The notes beneath the pieces were generated by a model. The model saw nothing but the letters and a program-made list of their open reading frames with translations, was not told the origin of the DNA and did no database searches. A stretch of 64,000 nt of DNA from Thermomicrobiales bacterium (GTDB lineage Bacteria; Chloroflexota; Chloroflexia; Thermomicrobiales; UBA6265): assembly GCA_036558305.1 (NCBI GenBank), contig DATBFX010000008.1:7113-71112 (forward strand), given 5' to 3'. The position numbers and the translations under genes are program-made. How positions within the stretch are numbered: the first letter of the stretch is position 1; every line of letters begins with the position of its first letter. This document shows, piece after piece, positions 1 through 8,700 of the stretch.

Positions 1-167
1 GCTGACCGTCTATCGCGCGAAGACGACGTGAGACACGGACCGCACCGCAGCGTGTGGTAGCCGGTCGCGGTTGACGCAGGCCCCGGCGACCCCCGAACGG
101 TTGACCGGCCGCGGGGGTCGATCCGTTCGGGTGCGTCCGGGCAGCGGCTGGTGCCGGCGTACCGCGG

Positions 168-1082
168 TCACTCGTTGGGGACGTACCGACGGTACATGAC
201 CGCGCAAGCGAGGGCGCACGTTACGATCAGGGCCCCCGCGTATTGCCAGACGGCGAGGAACCCGCCGAAGTTGGTGGTGGTGCCGAAGGTCGGCTGTCCG
301 AACAGGCGGTAATCGAACCAGTGGTTCACGTCAAGCGGGCTCATCACCACGAAGTAACGCCGGTCGGCGGAGTTCACCGCCTGGGAGAGGGCGAAGGCGA
401 GCGCGGTCGCCACGCCGAAGCCGACGACCGTGACCGCTGCGGCGATACCCTTTCGACCGCTAAAGGAGGCAATGGTCAGCGCCAGCGAGCCGAGGTATGC
501 CGAAAGGAGGACCCCGGCAAGGATGAGCCGCCCCAGGTCACCCAAATGGTCCCTCATCGCGGCCAGAGGCGCGTTGTCGAGGAGTTGGCGGCCAAGCCAG
601 TAGACGACCGCTGGCACGACGGTGATCGACAGTGTCAGCACCGTCGCGGCAACCACCTTTGCCAGCAGGTAATCCAGCCGCGAAATGGCGCGCGAGAAGT
701 AGAGCGATAGCACGTTCTCGCGCCGGTCGCCGCAGAGCATCTCCGGCGCGATCGTCGCGACGAAGACAACGAGGATGCCAAAGATGACGGCCAGGAAGTC
801 CCAGTACGCCAGAACGTTCGCGCCCGGCACGAACGCCTCCACCCCCAACGGGATGACGACGGTCAGGGCGACGGCGACGTAGAGCAGGATCGGCACGACC
901 TTGGAGATCCAGCCCTTCTTGATCCCCAGCGCGCGCTTCATCGAATAGCGCGCCAGCGCCCAGAAGGCGTGGCGGCGGCCCAGCCGCGGTCCGTCGTAGT
1001 GCTGGTAGCCGCGGTCGTAGAGCTCGCCGTAGCGCGCCGGCTGGGCGGCACCCAGAGACGATGTCGATTCAGGTGCGTCCAT
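168..1082 (-). CDS. ABC-2-type transporter permease (multi-TM membrane protein)
   Basis: 304-aa ORF. Cytoplasmic N-terminus (YDRGYQHYDGPRLGRRHAFWALARY) is followed by about 6 hydrophobic segments typical of ABC-2 permeases. No partner ATPase gene is adjacent in the window. Confidence 0.6.
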   Translation of the reverse strand: MDAPESTSSLGAAQPARYGELYDRGYQHYDGPRLGRRHAFWALARYSMKRALGIKKGWISKVVPILLYVAVALTVVIPLGVEAFVPGANVLAYWDFLAVIFGILVVFVATIAPEMLCGDRRENVLSLYFSRAISRLDYLLAKVVAATVLTLSITVVPAVVYWLGRQLLDNAPLAAMRDHLGDLGRLILAGVLLSAYLGSLALTIASFSGRKGIAAAVTVVGFGVATALAFALSQAVNSADRRYFVVMSPLDVNHWFDYRLFGQPTFGTTTNFGGFLAVWQYAGALIVTCALACAVMYRRYVPNE

Positions 1083-1288
1083 CGGTCGTTGCTTCGGTGC
1101 TGCCTCCGCCGAGGTCGCGATTTCGTGGGTTCCCGGCTGACTGGACGTCGAAGGGCGCTTCGTTCTTTGGGACGTAGCCTATACCGTCGGTCGTATTCCT
1201 CCCAAGTGTGCTGGGATACCGTGTCGTGCTTGACGAGCGTTGGAAGGACTCCTAAGCTGCCGACCGAGTCCAGGGAAGGAGCAAGCCG

Positions 1289-2431
1289 ATGGTTGTCGCC
1301 GTGGAGTCCAAACCGGAGACATCGGACGAGAAAGGGGCGCGTTTGCGCTGCATCGACACCGACGTGCACAACGATCTGCCGAGTTACGGGGAGTTGCGGC
1401 CGTTTTTGGCGCGAGCGTGGCACGAGTGGTTGGAGGATGGGGGGCCGGGAGTTGCCGGCCGGTACTACGCGAATATGGGATCGGGGAGGATGGACGATGC
1501 GGTGCGGGAGGAAGACGACCTCTGCGCGGGCGATCCCGATTGGGTGATCCAGCAGTTGATGACGCGTTATCGGATCGATCTCGGGGTCTTGACGGGGAGT
1601 ATCATTGGGCTGGGGATTCAGCACAACGCGCGGTTCTGGGCGGCGGTGGCCAGCGCATACAACGATTGGACGCTGGCGACGTGGGTGCGGCCGTACGACT
1701 GTTTCAAGGGGTCGATCCTGGTGACGCCGCAACTGCCGGAGGCGGCGGCGGCGGAGATCCGGCGTTTGGGAGACGACCCGGGGATGGTGCAGGTGCTGAT
1801 GCCGAGTGCGGCGCGGGTGCCGTACGGGCAGGAGTTCTACTGGCCGATCTACGAGGCGGCGGTGGAACACGACCTACCGGTGGCGATCCACGTCGGGGCG
1901 GAGGGGACCGGCGTCGCCAACGCGCCGACGGGGGTTGGGTATCCCTCGACGTATCTCGAATTCCACACCGACCATTCGCTGACGATGATGGCGCACTGCG
2001 TCAGTCTGGTCGCCGACGGGGCATTCTCGGCGTTCCCGATGCTGAAGTTCGCGTTCATCGAGGGGGGCGTCTGCTGGGCGCCGCACGTGATGGGGAGGAT
2101 GGATCGCGCCTATCCGCGGTTCAAGGCGGAGGTGCCGTACCTGGAGCGGTTGCCGAGCGAAGAGATCCTGGCCCATTGCTACTTCAGCACGCAGCCGATC
2201 GAGGAACCGGAGGACGGGCGCGACCTGTTGCGGATGCTCGATATGCTGCGGGCTGAGCGGACGGTCGTCTTTGCCAGCGACTATCCGCATTGGGACTTCG
2301 ACAATCCGCTCGCGGCGTTCAACTTCATCCCGGCGGAGCGGCGGGAATTGAAGCGGCGAATCTTCGTCGAGAACGCGCTCGATCTGTACGGGCCGCGGTT
2401 GCTGGCGCCAAACGGAGCCGGTAGCCGGTAG
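1289..2431 (+). CDS. Amidohydrolase-2 family metal-dependent hydrolase/decarboxylase (TIM barrel)
   Basis: ATG at 1289 lies 7 nt after GGGAAGGAG. Motifs CIDTDVHN, AIHVG and ASDYPHWDFDNP are typical of PF04909-like enzymes. The stop TAG (2429-2431) lies inside the CCGGTAG heptamer repeat. Confidence 0.8.
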   Translation: MVVAVESKPETSDEKGARLRCIDTDVHNDLPSYGELRPFLARAWHEWLEDGGPGVAGRYYANMGSGRMDDAVREEDDLCAGDPDWVIQQLMTRYRIDLGVLTGSIIGLGIQHNARFWAAVASAYNDWTLATWVRPYDCFKGSILVTPQLPEAAAAEIRRLGDDPGMVQVLMPSAARVPYGQEFYWPIYEAAVEHDLPVAIHVGAEGTGVANAPTGVGYPSTYLEFHTDHSLTMMAHCVSLVADGAFSAFPMLKFAFIEGGVCWAPHVMGRMDRAYPRFKAEVPYLERLPSEEILAHCYFSTQPIEEPEDGRDLLRMLDMLRAERTVVFASDYPHWDFDNPLAAFNFIPAERRELKRRIFVENALDLYGPRLLAPNGAGSR

Positions 2432-2445
2432 CCGGTAGCCGGTAG
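2418..2445. repeat. Tandem heptamer repeat (CCGGTAG)x4, solo arm of the heptamer-hairpin element family
   Basis: Four perfect CCGGTAG units read directly. TAGs at 2422, 2429, 2436 and 2443 cover all three forward frames. Confidence 0.85.
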
Positions 2446-2453
2446 CAGAACAG

Positions 2454-3551
2454 ATGGCTGGTCAGATCGAAGCCAAAAGCGAAGTTGGTCGAAATTCGAC
2501 GCGGTTGCGGGCGGTCGACGCCGATCTGCATCATCGGGTCGGGGATTGGGGCGAGATCGCGCCGTTCGTGCCGGCGGGATTGCGGCACCGATTCACGCGA
2601 AAGGGCGGTCCGCCGCTGGCGCGGCACGGGTTTCGGGTGATTGGACCAGGGCCGGGTGTTGGGGAGGCAACGAATCCGGCGTCTGTGCGGGAGGCGTACC
2701 TGGAGCCGCGCGGCGTCGATGTTGCCATTTTGACCGGCAACATCTTCAGCCTGGGGGTGCAGCCGAACGCGGACCTGGCGGGGGCGCTGGCGCGCGGAGT
2801 CAACGCGTGGACGCTGGCGACGTGGGTGCGGCCGTTCGATTGCTTCAAGGGGTCGATCCTGGTGGCGCCGCAGGATCCGATGCAGGCGGTGGCGGAGATC
2901 GACCGGCTCGGGCAGGAGCCGGGGATGGTCCAGGTGTTGATGGGGAGCGCGAGCGAGGTGCCGCTCGGGCGGCGGGCGTATCACCCGATCTACGAGGCGT
3001 GCGTGCGGCACGGCTTGCCGCTGGCGCTGCACGCCGGCGGGGAGGGGGCGGGGATGTCGCCGCCGGCGACGGCGGTCGGGCACCCGGCGACGGCGTTCGG
3101 GTGGTACGGGGCGTTGCCGCAGAGTTACATGGCGCACGTGATGAGTTTGGTGACGGAGGGGGTGTTCGCGCGGTTTCCGGCGTTGAAGGTGGTGCTGTAC
3201 GAGGGGGGCGTGTGCTGGTTGCCGCACGTGATGTGGCGGTTCGACAAAAACTGGAAGGCGCAGCGATCGGAAACGCCGTGGGTGACGGAGCGGCCGAGCG
3301 CCTACATCCGTCGCCACGTCTTTTCAACGACATATCCCCTGGAGATGCTGCCCGATCCGGCCGCGTTGCAGCGGGTGCTGGAGATGGTCGAGGCCGAGCG
3401 CACGCTGCTGTTCTCGAGCGGGTATCCGGACTGGGATTTCGGCGATCCGTTCGCGATGGTAGACGAGTTGCCGGAGGAGCTGCGGTCGCGGGTGATGGTC
3501 GAGAACGCCCTAACCGTCTACGGGGAGCGGCTGCTCGCTCCCAATCGGTGA
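2454..3551 (+). CDS. Amidohydrolase-2 family protein, tandem paralog of 1289-2431
   Basis: 365 aa and colinear with the upstream gene (NAWTLATWVRPFDCFKGSILVAPQ vs NDWTLATWVRPYDCFKGSILVTPQ; SGYPDWDFGDP vs SDYPHWDFDNP). Confidence 0.8.
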   Translation: MAGQIEAKSEVGRNSTRLRAVDADLHHRVGDWGEIAPFVPAGLRHRFTRKGGPPLARHGFRVIGPGPGVGEATNPASVREAYLEPRGVDVAILTGNIFSLGVQPNADLAGALARGVNAWTLATWVRPFDCFKGSILVAPQDPMQAVAEIDRLGQEPGMVQVLMGSASEVPLGRRAYHPIYEACVRHGLPLALHAGGEGAGMSPPATAVGHPATAFGWYGALPQSYMAHVMSLVTEGVFARFPALKVVLYEGGVCWLPHVMWRFDKNWKAQRSETPWVTERPSAYIRRHVFSTTYPLEMLPDPAALQRVLEMVEAERTLLFSSGYPDWDFGDPFAMVDELPEELRSRVMVENALTVYGERLLAPNR

Positions 3552-3563
3552 GGGTTTCCGGGC

Positions 3564-3917
3564 ATGGCGAGGCACGTGGTGGGGCGCGTCGAGGAGATTC
3601 CGCCGGGAGGGCGGAAGATCGTGCGGTTGGAGGGGCGGGAAGTCGGGATCTTCAACCTGGGCGGGCGTTTCTACGCGCTGAAGAATTCGTGTCCGCACCA
3701 GGCGGCGCGGGTCTGTCTCGGGAAGATCGTGGGGACTGCTTTGGCGTCCGAGGTGTACGAATTCCGGTATGGCCGGGAAGGACGGATCCTGCGATGTCCG
3801 TGGCACGAGTGGGAGTACGACATCGCGACCGGCGAGGCGGTGTTCGACCAGTGCGTGCGGCTCAAGACGTACCCGACGGAGGTCTGTGGCGAGGAAATCG
3901 TCGTCACGATCGCGTGA
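3564..3917 (+). CDS. Rieske [2Fe-2S] ferredoxin-like protein
   Basis: 117 aa with the two Rieske boxes CPHQ (C-x-H) and CPWHEW (C-x-x-H). Confidence 0.85.
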   Translation: MARHVVGRVEEIPPGGRKIVRLEGREVGIFNLGGRFYALKNSCPHQAARVCLGKIVGTALASEVYEFRYGREGRILRCPWHEWEYDIATGEAVFDQCVRLKTYPTEVCGEEIVVTIA

Positions 3918-4147
3918 TGGGAATGGAGATCGCGATCCGGTATTGTGCGGAGCGTGGGTTCGAGGAACCGGCGCTGCTGTTCGCGCGGCGGCTGTTTGCC
4001 GAGTTCGACGAGGCGATCGAGTCACTGGCACTGGTGCCGGTCGAGGATGAGGACCTTGCGGTCTATCTCAACGGCCAACTCGTGCACTCCACGAGCGAAA
4101 GCGGGAGGCTGCCGAGGATCGCCAGCCTTCGCTTAGGTCAGGAGTGA
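3917..4147 (+). CDS. Rdx (SelW/SelT/SelH-like) family small protein with a degenerate redox motif
   Basis: ATG at 3917 overlaps the Rieske TGA stop (ATGA). MEIAIRYCAERGF...LVPVEDEDLAVYLNGQLVHSTSESGRLP resembles the Rdx fold signature. The CxxC/U motif reads CAER. Confidence 0.55.
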   Translation: MGMEIAIRYCAERGFEEPALLFARRLFAEFDEAIESLALVPVEDEDLAVYLNGQLVHSTSESGRLPRIASLRLGQE

Positions 4148-4804
4148 CTGTCTCTTCCCGATTGGTAGTAGGTTCGATCTCTTAGGGCAGGTTGTGGCCA
4201 TTATTGTGCGTCCAAATCGGAGCGTTCCTGGCGTGTCAGTGGCAGATGGTTCCGATGGTTCGCGAAGGCAATCTCTGGACTCGAACCACGGACTCGATCC
4301 CACGGGTTGTGCGTTGCGACATCGGTCGCCGTGGATTGCTCGGAAGTGCCGGGATTGGAAGTGTTCTGGGTGCACCATCGGGAGACCTTCTCGGTATCCC
4401 CGGTCGCCGTCCCCACGAAGAACCCCTCTCTGCGGCGTCGTGACCGAACCGGTCGCCTGATCCCGCATCAAGGTTTGCCTACCTACGCCAGAGCGGGCAA
4501 ACCTGGGAGCAAACAGGACCCGTGCGGGCAGCGGAGGCCAGGAAGATGGTGTGAACAGAACGGTGTCCTCTGTTTGGAGGACGCGGTCCGTTCCCCCACG
4601 CTATACGATGGCAGCGCGTGTGGTCGCGCGGGTGGGAGTCCATAGCGGTTGCGGGCGAGGCGAGCGAGGCGGGTGCCGGAACGGCCCACTGTCGCTCCTT
4701 GCCCGGGATCGTTTCGGACACGCCGATCCCTATTGGCGCGGGGTCCGCGCCTCGTATCAGGGCTACTCCGTGCGTTGTCCGAGGGGATGTCGAGGAGTGA
4801 CGAC

Positions 4805-5701
4805 ATGCCGGAAACATTGGATGAGAACAGCTGGAAGCTCCTGCTGGGCCGGATCAAGAGCGGCCGATGTACGCCGTTCATCGGCGCGGGTGCTTGCTAC
4901 GGTGTCCTGCCACTCGGCCGCGAGATCGCAAGAGCATGGGCGGCGGACTGGGGCTACCCGCTGAAGGACAACGAGGATCTCGCACGCGTCGCGCAGTATC
5001 GGGCCGTGATGGCGGATCCGATGACGCCGAAGGAGGAAATCTGCGAGCGTTTTGCCAAGGTTGCTCCTCCCGATTTCGACGATCCTAAGCAGGCGCATCG
5101 CGTTCTGGCCGATTTGCCATTCCCGGTCTATCTGACGAGCAACTACGACGACTTCATGATGAAGGCACTCGCGGCGCGCAAACGGAATGCGGTGCGGGAA
5201 ATCTGCCAATGGAATGATGCGCTGGAAGATACCCCATCGGTCTTCAAATCCGCGGTGGGATTCGAGCCCACCGCGGCCAATTCGGTTGTCTACCACCTGC
5301 ACGGGCACATAGACATCCCCGAGTCGCTGGTCCTGACCGAGGACGACTATCTGGACTTCATGGTGAGGGTCGCCCAGGACCCCAATCTGTTGCCAGCACG
5401 CATCCAAAAGTCGATGTCGGGCGCCTCGCTCCTCTTCGTAGGGTATCGCCTCGCCGACTGGAATTTTCGGGTCCTGTTCCGCAGTCTCGTCACGTACATG
5501 CAACTCAGTACCCAACGAGCGCACGTCTCCGTTCAACTGAAGCCTGCTGCCGACGACGTCGCGGCGGAGCGCCAGCAACAGGCCATCAACTACCTGAAGC
5601 GTTCCTTCGATCGCAGCCTGATCAACATCTATTGGGGAACGAGTCAGGAATTCGCCGCCGAGCTCCGGGAGCGATGGGATGGCTATGCCGATGCCGACTG
5701 A
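4805..5701 (+). CDS. SIR2-like domain protein (predicted NAD+-consuming effector, SIR2_2-type)
   Basis: ATG at 4805 lies 7 nt after GAGGAG (alternative ATGs at 4787 and 4649). Sirtuin-like motifs are in order: FIGAGAC (GAG NAD loop), LTSNYDD (TxNYD), VVYHLHGH (catalytic His), LFVGYRLADWNF (GYxxxD). The stop overlaps the next gene. Confidence 0.8.
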   Translation: MPETLDENSWKLLLGRIKSGRCTPFIGAGACYGVLPLGREIARAWAADWGYPLKDNEDLARVAQYRAVMADPMTPKEEICERFAKVAPPDFDDPKQAHRVLADLPFPVYLTSNYDDFMMKALAARKRNAVREICQWNDALEDTPSVFKSAVGFEPTAANSVVYHLHGHIDIPESLVLTEDDYLDFMVRVAQDPNLLPARIQKSMSGASLLFVGYRLADWNFRVLFRSLVTYMQLSTQRAHVSVQLKPAADDVAAERQQQAINYLKRSFDRSLINIYWGTSQEFAAELRERWDGYADAD

Positions 5702-8700
5702 TACCCAACCATACGTCGGGCCTCGTCCCTTTGCGGTCGAGGACAGCGAACGCTTTTTCGGGCGAAACCGCGAGGTCAACGAACTGGTTTCGCTCGTCAC
5801 GGCACACGCCGTCCTCCTCCTCCACGCGCAGTCCGGAGCGGGGAAGTCGTCGTTGCTCAACGCCGGCGCCGTCCCTCAGCTTCAGAAAGAAGGGTTCGAG
5901 GTCTTGCCGGTCGCCCGCATTCGTGGCTGGCTTCCGCCCTCTGTCAGGATCGAGGACGTCGAGAATCCATTTGTCTACGACACCATCGCAAGCTGGGCCG
6001 GCGAAAACGCCGAACCGGCAGAGTTTGCTTCCTGGAGCCTCCTGCGGGCGCTGCAGGGGCGGAAGCGCGGACAGGACGAGTTGGGTCAGGATGCTCCCCG
6101 ACTGCTCGCGTTCGATCAATTCGAGGAGTTCTTCACGCTCTATCCAGAGCACTGGCCACAGCGCGAAGGATTCTTCGAGCAGGTTGCTGAGGTTCTCCAC
6201 TGCGATCCGCTCACGCGGGTTCTCTTTTGCGCGCGCGAGGAGTGGATTGCCCAATTCGACCGCTACGCGCCGATCCTGCCCGAGAAGGTTCGCACGCGGA
6301 TGCACCTGCAGCGGCTCGGTTCGGAGAGCGCACTGGCGGCGGTTACCGAACCGCTCAGCCAGACGGCGCGCACGTACGCGCCGGGTGTGGCCGAACGTCT
6401 CGTCGGCGATCTCATCCAGGAGCGAGTGGAATCGAGCGTTGGAGAAGCGCTCGAGATCGTCGAGATAACTGGAGAGTTCGTCGAGCCGGTACAGTTGCAG
6501 GTTGTTTGCCAAAGCCTCTGGAACGCGCTTCCACCCGACACGACGCAGATCACGTTTGACCATTTGGCGCGGTATGGCGACGTCGATCGTGCGTTGACGC
6601 GGTTCTACGATGATGCGGTGGCGACCGCGGCACTTTCTGCCGGAATCGACGAAGCGCATTTGCGCCGTTGGTGTGAAGACAAGCTCATCACGGCGACGGG
6701 CACACGGGCAATTGTGCACCAGGAGCGCGACAAGACCCAGGGGATTGCCAACGAGGCGCTCGCCGTACTCGAAGCCAGGCATCTCATACGCATCGAGCGC
6801 AGGTCCGGCGCAAATTGGTATGAACTGACGCACGACCGACTGATTGAACCGATCAAAGTCGGAAATGCCGCCTGGTTCCCCTCCAATCTCACGGCCCTGC
6901 AGATTCAGGCCAAGAATTGGGATGTTCAAGGCCGGCCAAGTGGGTTGCTGTTGCGCGGCCAATTGCTGGCGGATGCGCTTGAGTGGGCAGCGTCGCATCC
7001 CGACCTCCTCTCGGAGGTCGAGCGAGCCTACGTCGAAGCGAGCCACGCGGAACGGGATCAGGAGGAACGGGAGCGCCGCGAGAAGGAGCTACGCGAGGCA
7101 TCGGAGCGGGCCGAACTCGCCGAAGCGCGCAGACGGGCCGAGGAAGCGGCGAGACTCGAAGCGGAACGGAGGAGCGTGGAGAAGACACAAGCGGCGGGGC
7201 GGCTGCGTCGTCTGCTTGTGGTTGCCGTGGTTGCTTCCCTGATCGCGATGTCGGCGGCCGGTGCGTTCTTCCACCAGAAGGACGTGGCAAGCGACGCGAA
7301 ATCGACGGCCGTTGCCGCCCAAAGCACCGCCGAAGCGCAGGCGCTGGTCGCCAATGGGGTTGCCCAATCGCGGCAATTGGTCTCGCAGGCCGTCCAACCC
7401 TTGCGCGACGGTCAGATCGACCTTGCGCTGTTGCTTGGTCTCCAAGCAAACCGCATCGACGACTCGGTGGACACGAGAAGCAGCTTGATGGCCGGGTTGG
7501 CGGCCAGTCCGCATCTGACGGGCATCCTCCACGATGCGCCCGATTCGGTGAAGACGGTGGCGGTCAGTCCGAATGGGGCGACGCTGGCCGCCGGCAGTTG
7601 CGGAGAACGCGCCGAACAAGGGCAGGGTTGTGCGGAGGGTGCGATCCAGCTCTGGGATGCGGAGACGGGGGTGCCGCGAGAACCGGCGCTGCTCGGACAC
7701 GGGGATTGGATCTCGGGCCTGGCATACAGCCCCGACGGCGGCAGACTCGTCTCAAGCAGTTGGGACGGCACCATCATGTTGTGGGATGTCAGCTCCGGCA
7801 AGGCCCTCGGACAGTCGGCAGCGGTGCACCGTGATCGCGTGACGAGTGTTGCATTCAGTCCCGACGGAAACACCATCGCCTCCGGCGGACTCGACAAACG
7901 GGTCATCCTCTGGGATGCCGAGACGCTCCAGCTCACGTACGATCTTCCCGACGACCGATTCGGTGTATCCAGCGTTGCCTTCGATCCCAGCGGCAAACGC
8001 CTCGCCGCCGGCAACCTGGACGGGACCGTGACTCTTTGGAATCTGGAGGAGTCTCCTCCGAGCGGGGTGTCGCTGGACGGCGATGGCGTGTCCATCCGCA
8101 GCCTCGCATTCAGTCCGGACGGTCGGACCCTTGCAACCGGCGGGGATTCCAAGGTGATCCGTCTGTGGAATGTCGAGACGCGGGAGGAAGTCGGCAAACC
8201 CCTCGATGGACACACCGCCCCGGTGTTCGGTGTTGCTTTCAGCTCGGATGGGAAGACGCTTGCGTCGAGCAGTCTGGACAAGACGATCTACCTCTGGGAT
8301 GTCGTCAGGCACGAGCGGATCGATCCGGCCCTGATCGGTCACCAAGAAGGCGTTAGCTCGGTCGCGTTTGCCTCCGACGGGGTGAGACTGGTCTCCGGAG
8401 GATTCGACGGCGAGGTCATGCTCTGGGATGTGGGGCGGAATGTGCCGCTCGGGCGTCGATTGACCGGTCACACCGACGACGTGTACTCGGTCGCCGTCAG
8501 CCCCGACGGGAAGATGGCGGCCTCCGGAAGCTGGGACAAGACGATTATCCTCTGGGATCTGGAGACCGGGAAGGCGATCGGCGAACCACTCATCGGACAC
8601 CACGGCGAGGTGTACGGCGTGGCGTTCAGCCCGGACGGGAAGATGTTGGCCTCGGGAAGCGCGGACAAGACGGTGATCCTGTGGGACGTGGCGAGCCGCA

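Noticed and set aside
10-167. Possible gene end at the left edge of the window
   Set aside because: Only a short Arg-rich ORF (10-219, minus strand) overlaps this stretch, with no recognisable motif. There is too little sequence to call.
938-1870. 310-aa minus-strand ORF overlapping the permease start and amidohydrolase 1
   Set aside because: It is antisense to a well-supported amidohydrolase CDS, with a His/Arg/Pro-rich translation.
4262-4330. tRNA-like T-loop strings (GGTTCGAGTCC and GGGATCGAGTCC on the minus strand) in the leader upstream of SIR2, possibly a tRNA or att remnant
   Set aside because: The flanking bases do not form a T-stem, and no acceptor, anticodon or D arms can be drawn. 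It could be a decayed tRNA 3' fragment marking an integration site, but the evidence is too weak to call.
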